DNA from: the human T2T-CHM13v2.0 reference genome, Homo sapiens
Direction: 5' to 3' (one strand)
DNA length: 64,000 nucleotides
Assembly: GCF_009914755.1 (NCBI RefSeq)
Contig: NC_060925.1
A program made the translations under genes and the position numbers. Positions 43,545 to 56,651 of this stretch are shown in pieces. Under the pieces are notes generated by a model, which worked only from the letters and a program-made list of their open reading frames with translations, was not told the origin of the DNA and searched no databases. The first letter of the stretch is position 1; the number at the start of each line of letters is the position of its first letter.

Positions 43545-43948
43545 GTTATAGGCTGAATTGTGTCCTTTCCCCAAATTAATATGCTGTACCCTGCCCCCTG
43601 CCATCCCAGTATATCAGAAGGTGGCTATATTTGGAGATAGAGACTTTTAAGAGGTAACTAATGTAAAATGAGGTCACATGTCTGGGTCCTAATCCAATAT
43701 CACTGGTGTCCTTATTTGAAGAGGAAATTTAGGTACAGACATACATGTGCACAGAAAAAAGTCCATGAGAAGACAAGATGAGAAAATGACTATCTAAAAG
43801 CCAAGGAGAGAAATTTCAGAATAAAATTAACACATCTGATGCCTTGACCTCACACTTCTAGCCTCCAGAACTGTGAGAAAATAAATTTCTGTTGTTTAAC
43901 TCATCCAGTCTGCAGTAATTGTTATAACAACCCTAGCAAAGTAATATA
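43545..43948 (+). mobile_element. MLT1B/C-like MaLR LTR
   Basis: TGTTATAGGCTGAATTGTGTCC..CTAGCCTCCAGAACTGTGAGAAAATAAATTTCTGTTGTTTAA. Confidence 0.75.
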
Positions 43949-43997
43949 GGAAGTATATATATATATATACACACATACATATATATACACACATATT

Positions 43998-44040
<43 letters not shown>

Positions 44041-44067
44041 GATAGAGTAGATAGATAGAGACATATA

Positions 44068-44303
44068 CAGTCATCCCTCAGTATTAGTGGGGTATTGCAT
44101 TCAGGAGCCCTGCATATACCGAAGTCTGCACATACTCAGGTCCCACAGTCAACCTTGCAGAGCTCGCATATGAAAAGTTGGCCCTCCACATATGTGGGTT
44201 TCACGTCCCACAAATACTATATTTTCAATCTGTATTTGGCTGAAAAAATCCACCTATAAGTGGACTCACACAGTTTAAACCAGTGTTATTCAAACGTCAA
44301 ATG
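44068..44303. mobile_element. MER8 (non-autonomous Tigger2 derivative), preceded by (TA)/(CA)/(TG) microsatellites at 43955-44045
   Basis: CAGTCATCCCTCAGTAT..AAAAGTTGGCCCTCC..GTGTTATTCAAACGTCAAATG. Confidence 0.7.
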
Positions 44304-44641
44304 TTGATATATAGATGTATAAATATCTCATATGTATAGAGCAAGTGGGAGAAAAAATCTCTAATCTCTCTTCCTTCCTGCTCTTTTTGGATTGCAAACT
44401 CTTCTCTCATAAGTACAAAAAGTAATGTTAACAAAGTAAAGAGAATTGGAAATAGTAGTGTTTTTGACCACTAGTGTTTTGTAATTTTAGAAAAAAAAAT
44501 TACTGAAATGTAACTTTTTATTTATATTGAGATGTTTTGACTCATACTCCAATCATACAGAACTAATAGATAAAATATGAAAAAGACTTCTTTTTACATA
44601 CATAGCTGGATTAAAATATTAGAAATAATTTTCTTCCCTCA

Positions 44642-45899
44642 AAGGATCCCCTATTTAATAAACGGTGCTGGGAAAACTGGCTAGCCATATGTAGAAAGCT
44701 GAAACTGGATCCCTTTCTTACACCATACACAAAAATTAACTCAAGATGGATTAAAGACTTAAATGAAAGACCTAACACCATAAAAAACCCTAGAAGAAAA
44801 CCTAGGCAATACCATTCAAGACATAGGCACGGGCAAAGACTTCATGACCAGAACACCAAAAGCAATGGCAACAAAAGCTAAAATAGACAAATGCAATCTA
44901 ATTAAACTAAAGAGCTTCTGCACAGCAAAAGAAACTCTCATCAGAGTGAACGGGCAATCTAAAAAATAGGAGAAAAGTTTTGCAATATACCCGTCTAACA
45001 AAGGGCTAATATCCAGAATCTACAAAGAACTTCAACAAATTTACAAGAAAAAAACAACCCCATCAAAAAGTGGGCAAAGAATATGAACAGACACTTCTCA
45101 AAAGAAGACATTTATGCAGCCAACAGACACATAAAAAATGCTCATCATCTCTGGTCATCAGAGAAATGCATATCAAAACCACAATGAGATACCATCACAT
45201 GCCAGTTAGAATGATGATCATTAAAAAGTCAGGAAACAACAGAAACTGGAGAGGATGTGGAGAAATAGGAATGCTTTTACACTGCTGGTGGGAGCGTAAA
45301 TTAGTTCAACCATTGTGGAAAGCAGTGTGGCGATTCCTCAAGGATCTAGAACTAGAAATACCATTTGACCCAGCGATCCCATTACTGGGTGTATACCCAA
45401 AGGATTATACATCATGCTACTATAAAGATGTATACATGCACACGTATGTTAATTGTGGTGCTATTCACAATAGCAAAGACTTGGAACCAACCCAAATGTC
45501 CATCAGTGATAGACTGGATTAAAAAAATGTGGCACATATGTGCCATGGAATACTATGAAGCCATAAAAAAGGATAAGTTCATGTCCTTTGCAAGGACATG
45601 GATGAAGCTGGAAACCATCATTCTCAGCAAACTATCACAAGGACAGAAAACCAAACACCGCATGTTCTCACTCACAGATGGGAGTTGAACGATGAGAATG
45701 CATGGACACAGGGTGGGGAACATCACACACTGGGGCCTGTCAGGGGGTGGGGGGCTGGGGGACAGATAGCATTAGGAGAAATACCTAATGTAAATGACAA
45801 GTTGATGGGTACAGCAAACCAACATGGCACATGTATACCTATGTAACAAACCTGCATGTGATGCACACGTACCCTAGAACTTAAGATTAAAAAAAAAAA
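44642..45899 (+). mobile_element. L1PA-family LINE-1, 5'-truncated, with TSD TTTCTTCCCTCA
   Basis: ORF2 C-terminal fragments, 3'UTR, A tail; TSD at 44630-44641 and 45900-45911. Confidence 0.95.
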
Positions 45900-46953
45900 T
45901 TTCTTCCCTCATGAGGTACAAAGCCAAGCATTACACTGGGGCCATGATAGTCCAGGTTGCTGAAAGATTTAGATCTAAAGACTGAAAATTGGGATATATA
46001 TTGAGAGAGAGAGAGAGAGAGAGAGAACAAATGGTAACCTAAATTTAATAAAATAATAATAGACAAATTAGGGTAACAGGCATATGAGTATTTTTTGTTC
46101 TAACAATTCTTTTATTTTCAAACTTATCTATAATCTTACATTTATTTCCCAATAAAAAGGATTTTAAGTTAAAAAAAGAAAGTTTTTCTGTAGTAACATT
46201 TTCACAACTAGGGCCTTTAAGACTGAGGAAATACTCCAAGCTCTGAGCAAACTCAGTAAGTATAAATCCATATGTAGACATACCACAGTAAAATGCAAGA
46301 TACTAAAGACTAATACAATATTTTCAAATCAACCAGAGATGGAAGGCAGATTACCTGCAAAGGAAGGACAATTACTTTATCACAGACTTCTCTTCATCAA
46401 CGAGAACAGACAATACAGGAATAACATCTCCCAAGTTGTGAGGGAGACTAACAGATGACATGAAATTCTACGACCAAATAAAGCATAATTCAATGGGCAG
46501 CAGTTAACAGAATTAAGCTGTTTCCAGACATCTATGGAGAGATTTAACTCAAAGATGTCACTGTAAATTTGATTGTTGAGATGTAGTAATGGATACTTGG
46601 CAAGGTTATTGAATTAGTTAAACGATCTTCAAAGCTTAGGTCATGTATCTTCATTAAACACATGGTGCTTTGCATTTACTAAAGAAGGGCTTCCGTTTTC
46701 TCTCCAAATAAATCATTGCGACCTTAGCACCCCAAGTGTAAAAACCTCTTTTATTTCTATTCTTGATCTCTAGTCCCTGCTTATGTGTATGCATAAATGC
46801 ATGACACCGTGCTTCTCTTTTAGTTATTTATTTCTAGAGATCATGTCTTTGAAAATCATTATATTCCCAGCAACTATTTAGAGTGGTACTAAGCTAACTT
46901 GGTTTATGGTGTCAACTGCATAGCAGTTATTTGATTGGCCCATTCCTTTATAA

Positions 46954-47348
<395 letters not shown>

Positions 47349-47724
47349 TACATATGTTACTATTAACTCCTCCTTCTGCTAAGAAATAAACCAAAATAAA
47401 ATTATTCACAAATATAACTGTTTTGATCATGCTTTCGGATGATATGTAAAGTAGCCCACAGAAGGTAAATAATATTCAGGGGAAATAAATTATTACTTAA
47501 GAGTGGGTGCTGAGAAAAAGAAATGTGTGAAGTGTGAGGTAGGAAGTATGTGAGAAAAGCTAGGGCACAGTTGTGTCTTATATTTTTGTTAAAATCTGCC
47601 TGTTAAGACTTCCTGATTGGGTAATGGGAATGATACAGTAAAATACTCTTCCTCAGAGTGTCTGACACCTTTGTGATAATTTACTACATAAAAGTACAAG
47701 TTACATTATATAAAAAGACAGAAT

Positions 47725-48042
<318 letters not shown>

Positions 48043-48276
48043 CTAGATGAGGGTTACACAATGTGGATCTAAAAGCAACAGGGAAAGGAAAAGGATTTGG
48101 GCCTAGAATGTGGGGAATTTTAGATGCTGCAGAAAGCCTTCTGGTGTCTTTCTAGAATGGCTGGATTTTGGTTAAGGCAAAGAAGAAGTAACTTTTCATG
48201 GAGAACAGTAGCATACAGGAGTGCGGATGGTTTGATCATTTAAGGCAGGGATGTGAGGTTTGATGGAATATGTTGA

Positions 48277-49598
48277 TAACAAAGATTCTTTGCTTGGCCA
48301 ACTTTAGTCAGGCTTCTAAATCTTCAGCTAGGCTAAACTGTGCACTTCCTCGCAAAATCCAGCATTAGCAAAGAACACTGCCAAGTTTACCAAAGAACCC
48401 CTCATTCTCAATATCTGATCAAGTTCTTCATTCTTCACCATTCTGCAGGTGATGTCTGATCACCCTGGCCAGTCTTCAGCAAGAATTCTTTTAGGTCGGT
48501 TTAGCCAGAATCTCCCTTACTCCTGATGTTTCCTCTTAGTGATTTTCCATTCACTGACCCCTGCATTGCTCCTGGGCTATAAATTCCCACTTCCCCATGC
48601 TGTATTCAGAGTTAAGCCCATCTCTCTCCCCAGCTCCAAGACTGTGTTGCAGTGGTTCCTATATCTATGGTGATGGTCCTGAATAAAGTCTTCTTTACTG
48701 TGCATTTGAAGTATCACTGAATAATTTTTTCTTTAACAATTATGGTGTTGAAACTCAACTAGGACAGATTCATCACTGGATCCTGGGCCTCTCACTCAGA
48801 ACCCTAAATGCATGCCTTTGAAGTCTTTGTTGTCATTTCTGACTGATTAGGGATCCATTGGTGAATCATATTCCTGAGCCATTGCTCCAGACAAAAGCCC
48901 GTTGATGGCTAAGGACAGATTTTGAATCTGAAGGGATGAATATTCTCTCTGAAGCTGGGGTAGAGTCCCAGGCTTCTTTTGAAAGCAATCCTCTGGGCAG
49001 GAAGGTCTTCGTGTGGGCTTCTTGTTCTGAGTGGTCTATTCTCTGAGTCCCTAGACTAGAATTCTCTTCTTTCTGGCTCTCTTTTTCTGAGTGAGGGGTT
49101 ATTCCCTGATTCCCTGGGCTACAAATTGTTCTTCCTGGCTCTCTATAAAACCACTCTGCTCTTTCTCTTCTCTCTATTGGATCCTGCTTCTCCCATGGGA
49201 GCTCTGTCACCTGAAACCCCTCTTCTCAAGTCTCTGCTGACTATTTCTCTGTCCACTCTTGCCAGACCCGTTTCTTTTCTGCTGAACTTCAGGACCCCTA
49301 TCCTACCCTCCTTTGAGGGGGCTCTCAAGGGACTCAGAGGCCCCTCAAAAACAAGCACCTGGGGCTGATAATAGGAGAAAAAAAGAAACTGTTTGGAAAC
49401 TGATAAAGTAAAAAAAAAAAAAAAAATCTTAAAAAACCTCCTCCAAAAATATTGGTAAAAAGCTTTAGCCTTTGTTATGTAGGTCAACTCAACTTATCCC
49501 TTTTTCACCAGAAACACAATTTGGATAACAATATAAAGCGGAGATAAACCAGTGAGTTTGTATTTTTGTATTACTCTGTTTTACTGCCTCATGGTTAA

Positions 49599-49636
<38 letters not shown>

Positions 49637-52600
49637 AGACAGAGTCTCACTTCATTGCTCAGGCTGGAGTGCAGCGGGGCAATCTCGGCTCACTGCAACC
49701 TCCACCTCCTGGGTTCAAGTGCTTCTTGTGCCTCAGCCGGGCGCCACCATGCCCCACGCCCAGCTAATTTTTGTATTTTTAGTAGAGACGGGGTTATGCC
49801 ATATTGGCCAGGCTGGTCTCGAACTCCTGACCTCAGGTGATCCACCCACCTCAGCCTCCCAAAGTGCTGGGATTACAGGCATGAGCCACTGCACCTGGCC
49901 TGGTTAAAATTTTTTAAATGAGAAGTCATAAGATCTGGTTACATCAGTCTATATGTTTGTGTATGTGTACATGTGTGTATCTATGTTATTATGTTATGTA
50001 TATGTGATATTTTTCTACTTCCAACGTTATTACCAAACTAAAATACCCAAATTGGCTAGGGATAAATGAGCACTCAAACAAATAAGAATGTATAAAATTT
50101 TCAGAAAAGTAGAAACTGACCCAATTTTTTTTAAGTTCACATAATCTGGGATATTCCTTAGTAAATGAAAACTAGTTTAAAAAATATTGGTAAAATAAAA
50201 ATAGAAACATTTTCAGAATTGTCAGCATACACTTGTTTTACCTGGCTTTGCTGATTAGACAAGTTTGTGTTGTTACTGTTAGATGTTTAAGGCCATAAAA
50301 CCATAAATTCAACCTAAGAGTAGAATATGTAGTAAAAGTAAATTGCTTAATTGTCTGGTGTATGTCTGTTGCAAAAGTAAATAAGAAAAGATGTCTAGAA
50401 GGATTGTGAAAATCTTATCTTGTATGGTCTAAGCTGACTGAGATTGGATAGATTTATTTATAAGGTTTTATTAAAACTTAGTTTTAGTAATACATTGATT
50501 CAAAAGTAGAATTTGATCTTCTCCGTTAAAATGGTAAAGTTTTCTTGGAATGTTGGTCTGAGAATGTAAAGGGTATTTTTTTCCTTTTCAGTAATTGGCC
50601 TCAGAAACAGAGACTCTGTTTCATCAAGATAATTTCTTGAGTTTCATGTTGTTTTATTAGGTTTTTGGTTACTTAAGAAAAGTGAGTCTTCTCAATATTA
50701 AAGGAGCTAAGTTCTTGTTCACAACTATGTAATCTGAATTTGCCTTTAAAATCTTTTAATGGAGCTTTTATTAAATAGATAACTATGGTCATATTTGTTT
50801 TAAATGTTTTAAACTTTTTGACATTTTTGACAATCTTCCCAAAATCACATTCTAAGTTAAGTCTTTTTGACCTCAAATTAACTTAGGATTCTCCATATTG
50901 GACCCTCAGAAAGCCACAAAGTATATTTTTTTTTGTATGAAAGAGAGATTAAACCAATTAGATTTATTTAATATGCTAAATTATATGTGTAACATTCAAA
51001 TAAAAAGTGATGCTAAGCCATCTTTAAGTTATATTTATGGATATATTATTGGGATAAGTGTACAAAAGTTGTATGAGATTCCTAGAAATCTAGTATGTTA
51101 TCAGTCATAATTTTGGTTATTATGTTAAAATGCTGTATGCCATGCTAACCAAATTTTCTTATAAATTGCATCATTGTAATGAACTCTCATTAAATTTTTT
51201 AACCATGGACACTTTAAGTCCTTGTCATCTGTAGACAGTTATTGTTTTAATTTAATTGTTCTCTAAAAGCATTTGAAATTAGCTACAGTCCAAAATGGCT
51301 TCTTCTTCAAGGAGATTTATGGAAAATACTCTTATGAGTATTCTGGAATACAGGTTTCTGAACAACTTTAACGTCATACAATTGGACTGGTAAGAATTTC
51401 CAGAACTCTAATAAAACTGACGGGTTCATGTAACTACTAACCCAAGATCAAGCAAAACAAGATTTAATTACATGGTACTGAATGAACTGATGAGAATAAT
51501 TTTTAAAATGACTTTTTGTTGGAAACATTGCTAGTTCTTTAAATGTTTTGTTTTCCAGATTTCAGAAAACTTTCTTTTAAGCTATCTCTAGCTTACACCA
51601 ATTCAGTAAAGAATACTTTTGTGCAAAATGGAAACATTTACTTTTTCTCCCTAACTTATCCCTCCAGAATTTGGAAACTATTTGTGCATATTCTTATTTT
51701 TATGGCAATGTATTTATTTGCATAAGTTTAATAAGAATCTGTTGTCTTTGTAACAGGACAAACTGGAAACACAGGTTATATCACCAAGGCTTTGACTGAA
51801 ACATCATGTTTTCAGATATGACCAGAAGGCTTTAGGGGACTAAGGTTGGCTTTATGGAACCAATAAAGTACCATCTTGGAAAAACTGGCTCTAGGGTTCC
51901 CAGACTTACAGGTAAGTAAAGAATGTCACTGCTTGGCAGGTCTGGAAACCTTGGGATATTTTAGGGACCTCAAGAAGAGAGAAATTTATCTAAATCTATA
52001 AATGTAACAGGTGCAGACTAATGACAAGTTTTGGGCTTGTATCCCAGCCTCAAGTGGCTTTTAAAAGTTTAATCTGACTGGAGACAGTGGCTCACCCCTG
52101 TAATCCCAGCACTTTGGGAGGCCAAGTCAGGTGGATGACGAGGTCAGGAGTTCAAGACCAGCCTGACCAATATGGTGAAAGCCCTGTCTCTACTAAAAAT
52201 ACAAAAAATGAGCCAGGCATAGTGGCACGCACCTATAATCCCAGCTACTCGGGAGGCTGAGCAGAAGAATCGCTTGAACCCAGGAGGCGGAGGTTGCAGT
52301 GAGCCAAGATCGCACCACTGCACTCCAGCCTGAGAGACAGAGGGAGACTCTGTCTAAAAAAACAAAAACAAAAAGTTTAATCTGAGATTTCTTATCTGAC
52401 AAACGCAACCTTTAGAAGAGCCTAAATGGTCAATCACTACTCTTAACTGCACTTGTGTACATAACCAGTACAAGTTTAATGAGATTAAACTTATTTAGCA
52501 AACAAATCAATCTGACTTTGATTATCTTTGACAGAAATGAGAGTGAATATAGAGAGAAAAGTTATGTTTTGGGAGAAAACTGCAGTGCACCCAATATTAG

Positions 52601-53264
52601 ATTCTAGCTGTTTTTTTTTTTCTGAGGTTTTATTATCTGCCTGCAATCTGCAATAGATCCTCAATTTTTCTAGTTTACTACAATATTTAGCTACAACACT
52701 CCAAATTAATATTTCATTTTTTTCCTGCTATTCTGGCTTGGAATCACTAAAATTATAAACTTTTCATTTCTTGAAGTCCTTCAAACTGAAACTGGATGAC
52801 TTGACATAAGCTTCAGAAAAATTACCACAACAGCTTGTGTGTGGCCCATCTTTATGGCATTCAAACTGCAAACTAATCCAATGCCTCTTCTCACTCCAGC
52901 TGAAGATACTACAAGCCCAGCATCTAGAAATCTTATTGATCAGCTGCCCTCTGGGCTCAGAAACTGTCTTTATAGTTCGTTCCAACTATTAATCTTTTTT
53001 AATTTTATTTTTATAGAAACTAAACTTCCCACATTAAAGGCTTGATAGCTCACACTATCCAGGAAATATCCTCTGCTACCAAGTCCCAACAGATGATTCA
53101 ACTGGTTCTTAATGAATAAAAGGTGATCAAACAAGAAAAGAGACTTATATTGTTTGAAGGAAAGATGAGTGTCTCTTCTTTCCTTAAACAAGAAGTAGTA
53201 CTAACAAAGATTCCTTGCTTGGCCAAACTTTATTCAGATGTCTATCTTCCTTGCAAAATCCAAC
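48277..53264 (+). mobile_element. MER4-group ERV1 provirus: 5'LTR 48277-48738, PBS ~48743, non-coding internal region (Alus at 49603-49900 minus and 52076-52372 plus), truncated 3'LTR 53202-53264
   Basis: TAACAAAGATTC(T/C)TTGCTTGGCCAA starts both LTRs; 5'LTR has TATAAA, AATAAA and ends CTTTAACA; followed by TGGTGTTGAAACTC (tRNA-Phe-like PBS); purine-rich tract before the 3'LTR. Confidence 0.75.
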
Positions 53265-53302
53265 TTTTTTTTTTTTATGTGGTACAATGTGATGTTTTGT
53301 TC

Positions 53303-53868
53303 TTTTTTTTAAATTTATTATTATTATACTTTAAGTTTTAGGGTACATGTGCACAATGTGCAGGTTAGTTACATATGCATACATGCGCCATGCTGGTGCG
53401 CTGCACCCACTAACTCGTCATCTAGCATTAGGTATATCTCCCAGTGATATCCCTCCCCCCTCCCCACAACCCACAACAGTCCCCAGAGTGTGATGTTCCC
53501 CTTCCTGTGTCCATGTGTTCTCATTGTTCAATTCCCACCTATAAGTGAGAATATGCGGTGTTTGGTTTTTTGTTCTTGCGATAGTTTACTGAGAATGATG
53601 ATTTCCAATTTCATCTATGTCCCTACAAAGGACATGAACTCATCCTTTTTTATGGCTGCATAGTATTCCCTGGTGTATATGTGCCACATTTTCTTAATCC
53701 AGTCTATCATTGTTGGACATTTGGGTTGGTTCCAAGTCTTTGCTATTGTGAATAGTGCCGCAATAAACATACGTGTGCATGTGTCTTTATAGCAGCATGA
53801 TTTATAGTCCTTTGGGTACATACCCAGTAATGGGATGGCTGGGTCAAATGGTATTTCTAATTCTAGAT
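53303..53868 (-). mobile_element. Young L1PA 3' end fragment
   Basis: ATTATTATTATACTTTAAGTTTTAGGGTACATGTGCACAATGTGCAGGTTAG.. to ..GGTATTTCTAATTCTAGA. Confidence 0.93.
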
Positions 53869-54799
53869 AGAATGTTTCCTCTTATAACTCATAGTGAATA
53901 TGACTGGACAATGAAACTATTTTGTAATTTCTTTCCTGAAAGATAAAGGCGTTAGAACATAGAATCTTTCACTGATTCTACAGAATCTTAAGACTCCTTC
54001 AGAGATGGCAGTCATTCCTACCGTGCTGAACATCATGTTGTCACGGTCAGAATCAGAACTAAATTGATTAAGGGTCTGAAACCGTTTGGCACTCTTGGGC
54101 ACTTATTCTGATAAGAAAGCTGATGAGACAGGGTAATGAAAAGAGGCTGCAAGAAATGACCATTCATGCATTCAGCCAACATTTAGGCCACCCTCCTGTA
54201 TTCCAGGCACTGTACGTGGCACTGAGAATGCAAAGCAAAACGAGTCATGGTCTACTGGCGGGAGCCTTCTCAGCGGAGAAAAGATCAACAAGAAAAGTGC
54301 CTGCTGGAGACCCCTCCTAGGGCATAAACCAATATAGAGGTGGGGCAGCTACGTCAGCCTGAGGTGTCCTTAGGCAGAACAGAAAGTGAGAATCAGAGCA
54401 GTATCTCATTTCTGAAAACCTGGATTGTAGCTTTCCCTGGGCTGACTGTCAAAGGAGGTGGTTTTAAAAAGCAAGCCAAACAGGTTTCCATCCTTTAGGA
54501 AGACCCTGGAACGTGCCAGTTGATTCTGACAATTTCTCATGAACAGAAACACCTAGGAAGGGAGAACTGGTGAGTCTTTTCAAGAGGAGGAAGTCCCTCA
54601 AAAGGGGCTGTGTTTCGCAAACGGCGCCCCAAAAGGGCTGAAATACTTCGATCTGGAAGAAAAAGACTCAGGCACTGAGGGAAGGGGAGGGTGCACATCT
54701 GGAGTAATTTCAAGGCTTTTTCCGTGTTATCTGATGTGGCAACAAGTAGAGATTTGTTCGTTTTATTATTTTTTTAATTTTTAAAGATTTTCTTTTCCC

Positions 54800-56560
54800 C
54801 CCTTTTCCCCCTCCCGGCCACTCCGGTTTGTGTTTGCCACAAGACTCATAATTCCTTTAGAAAGTGGAGTCGAATTCATAAAAGTGATGGGGGGAGAGCG
54901 CGGAGAGGGAAGGCTGGGAGCCCCAGGGAGTCTTCACTACCTACACTGCCGCTCAGCTCCCGGCGCGAGTGGAGGTCGGGGTGGGGAGACGCGACTCCTG
55001 CCCGGGATGGCTGACACTCTGCGAGCCCCGGCGGCCCGCGGCCGGGCCGGGTGACTAGGCGGAGGGCGCGGAGGGTCCGCGGCGGGCGGGTGGCGCTGCA
55101 GCAGCCTGGGCACGGCTGCCGCCGCCCGCGGGCGAGAGTGTGCACGGGTGTGGAAGGCCGGAGTGCGGGCCGTGAGGGGTGTGCGCGCTTGAGCCGGAGC
55201 GGGGCTCGCCCCTCGTCGGCTCCCGCCGCCCAGCCGGTGATCGCTCTCCGGCCGTCCCCGGCACCCTCGGCCCCCCACGGCGGTTGGTCCGGGCGGGGGA
55301 AGAAGAAAGTGAGACTCGGTGTCATCACCAATCCGTCGCCAGAAGGGGAGGAAACTGGAATCCAGCAGCGGCGAGCAGCAGCTGGACGGTAACATCTGGA
55401 AATGGAAAGCCGACCTCCCCCTCCTCCTCCACCTCCTCCTCCTCCTCCTCCTCTCACCCAGGATCACTTCCAAAACCACTTGGCCTTCAGCCCCTGCCTC
55501 GGCCAGAGGTTTCATTTTTAACTGAATATTTACGAAAGCTGAAAGCGTGCGAGGGGGGTGGGGTGGAAATAGCGGCTGCTTCTTTTCCAAGGATTTATTT
55601 AATGGGGATGTGTTCAAGGCAAGACCGAATTCAGAAGGATATCGACGTCGTGATCCAGAAGTCCAGAGCTGAGGACTGCCTGTTTGCAGGTGAGTTCTTG
55701 CTTTTCCAGAACCTCGGACCCAGCGCCCCTTTCTCAGTTCTCCGACCGCGACGTGTGTGGCTGGGGGTGGGGTGGAGGGTTTGCACGTCCGCATTCCGGG
55801 GTTCATTTGGCAACAGCTGCTGCAACGAACGCGGGAGCCAAAAGCGGGAGGGGGCGCCAGCCTCGCCCCTTCCCCTCCCCCCACCCCCAAGTATGGGGCA
55901 GCTACCAGCTTTGAGGGCAGAACCCGCGTGGCCCGAGCGGGGGTCTAGGCGAAGGGGCAGTGCGTGGTATTTCCAGCCCCGCGTAGTGCCCGAAGCCTGC
56001 AAGCACGCCTCCTGGGTTCCAGCAGCGGCGGCAGAGCGGGGTTGGTTGGACCCGCCAGGTTTGCGTAATGGGCTGAGCGGCGGCGGCCGGGAATGGAGCC
56101 TGCTGCGCTGCGCTCCTAAGCTGCGCCCGGCGCCGAGGACCCCCGGGGGGCAGCGCTCGGCCCATCTCCGGCCCCTTCGGCTCCATCTAGTCCCCTCCGA
56201 CTGGCAAAGAGAAGGGATTCCTCGGATTCCCAAGGCACCCAGCGCCCCTGCCTGGGGGGTCGCCTTTCGTCCATTTTGCTCCCCCGGGAGAGAGATCGGA
56301 TTTTGCTTTCGCTGCCGCGAGCCCGGCTGGGGCTGCTTCCGGCCTCCCCGACCGGGAAATTCCCGCCGTTGCCATGGCACCCGGCACTTGCTGCCGGGGG
56401 CGGCCTGCCGCTGCACCCAGTCGGGGGCGCGCCGCATCCCCTCGGACGCTGCGCGGAGAGACCTCGCCGCCCTCTAGCCCTCGCCTCCCGCCCGGCCAGG
56501 CCTCCCCTGACTCCACCAAATGGAGGGCCCAAGTCCTGATCGGGGTTAAAACAAATCCAC
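54800..56560. promoter_or_regulatory. Large CpG island, duplicated PARP8 promoter / first-intron region
   Basis: Very high GC/CpG density surrounding the PARP8-like first coding exon. Confidence 0.9.
55602..55689 (+). pseudogene. PARP8-derived first coding exon: MGMCSRQDRIQKDIDVVIQKSRAEDCLFA
   Basis: Matches the PARP8 N-terminus as I recall it (MGMCSRQERIQKDIDVVIQKSRAEKDCLFA) except E8D and loss of K25; CAG|GTGAGT donor at 55690. Confidence 0.88.
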
Positions 56561-56596
56561 TCCAGGGGTAGCTTTTGACAGGACTTTCTGTTTCAG

Positions 56597-56651
56597 ATTT
56601 CAGATACTCAGACTCCACCTTTACTTTTACCTATGTTGGCGGCCCCAGAAG
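56597..56651 (+). pseudogene. PARP8-derived second coding exon (55 bp): DFRYSDSTFTFTYVGGPR
   Basis: TTTCAG acceptor (56595-56596), AAG|GTATTT donor; in frame with the previous exon and identical to the PARP8 peptide as I recall it. Confidence 0.88.

Noticed and set aside
55179-56477. 432-aa ORF and the overlapping 317/268/193-aa antisense ORFs in the CpG island
   Set aside because: Long ORFs occur in all frames because GC-rich DNA lacks stops. Only the 29-aa PARP8 exon inside is recognisable, and it ends at a consensus donor.
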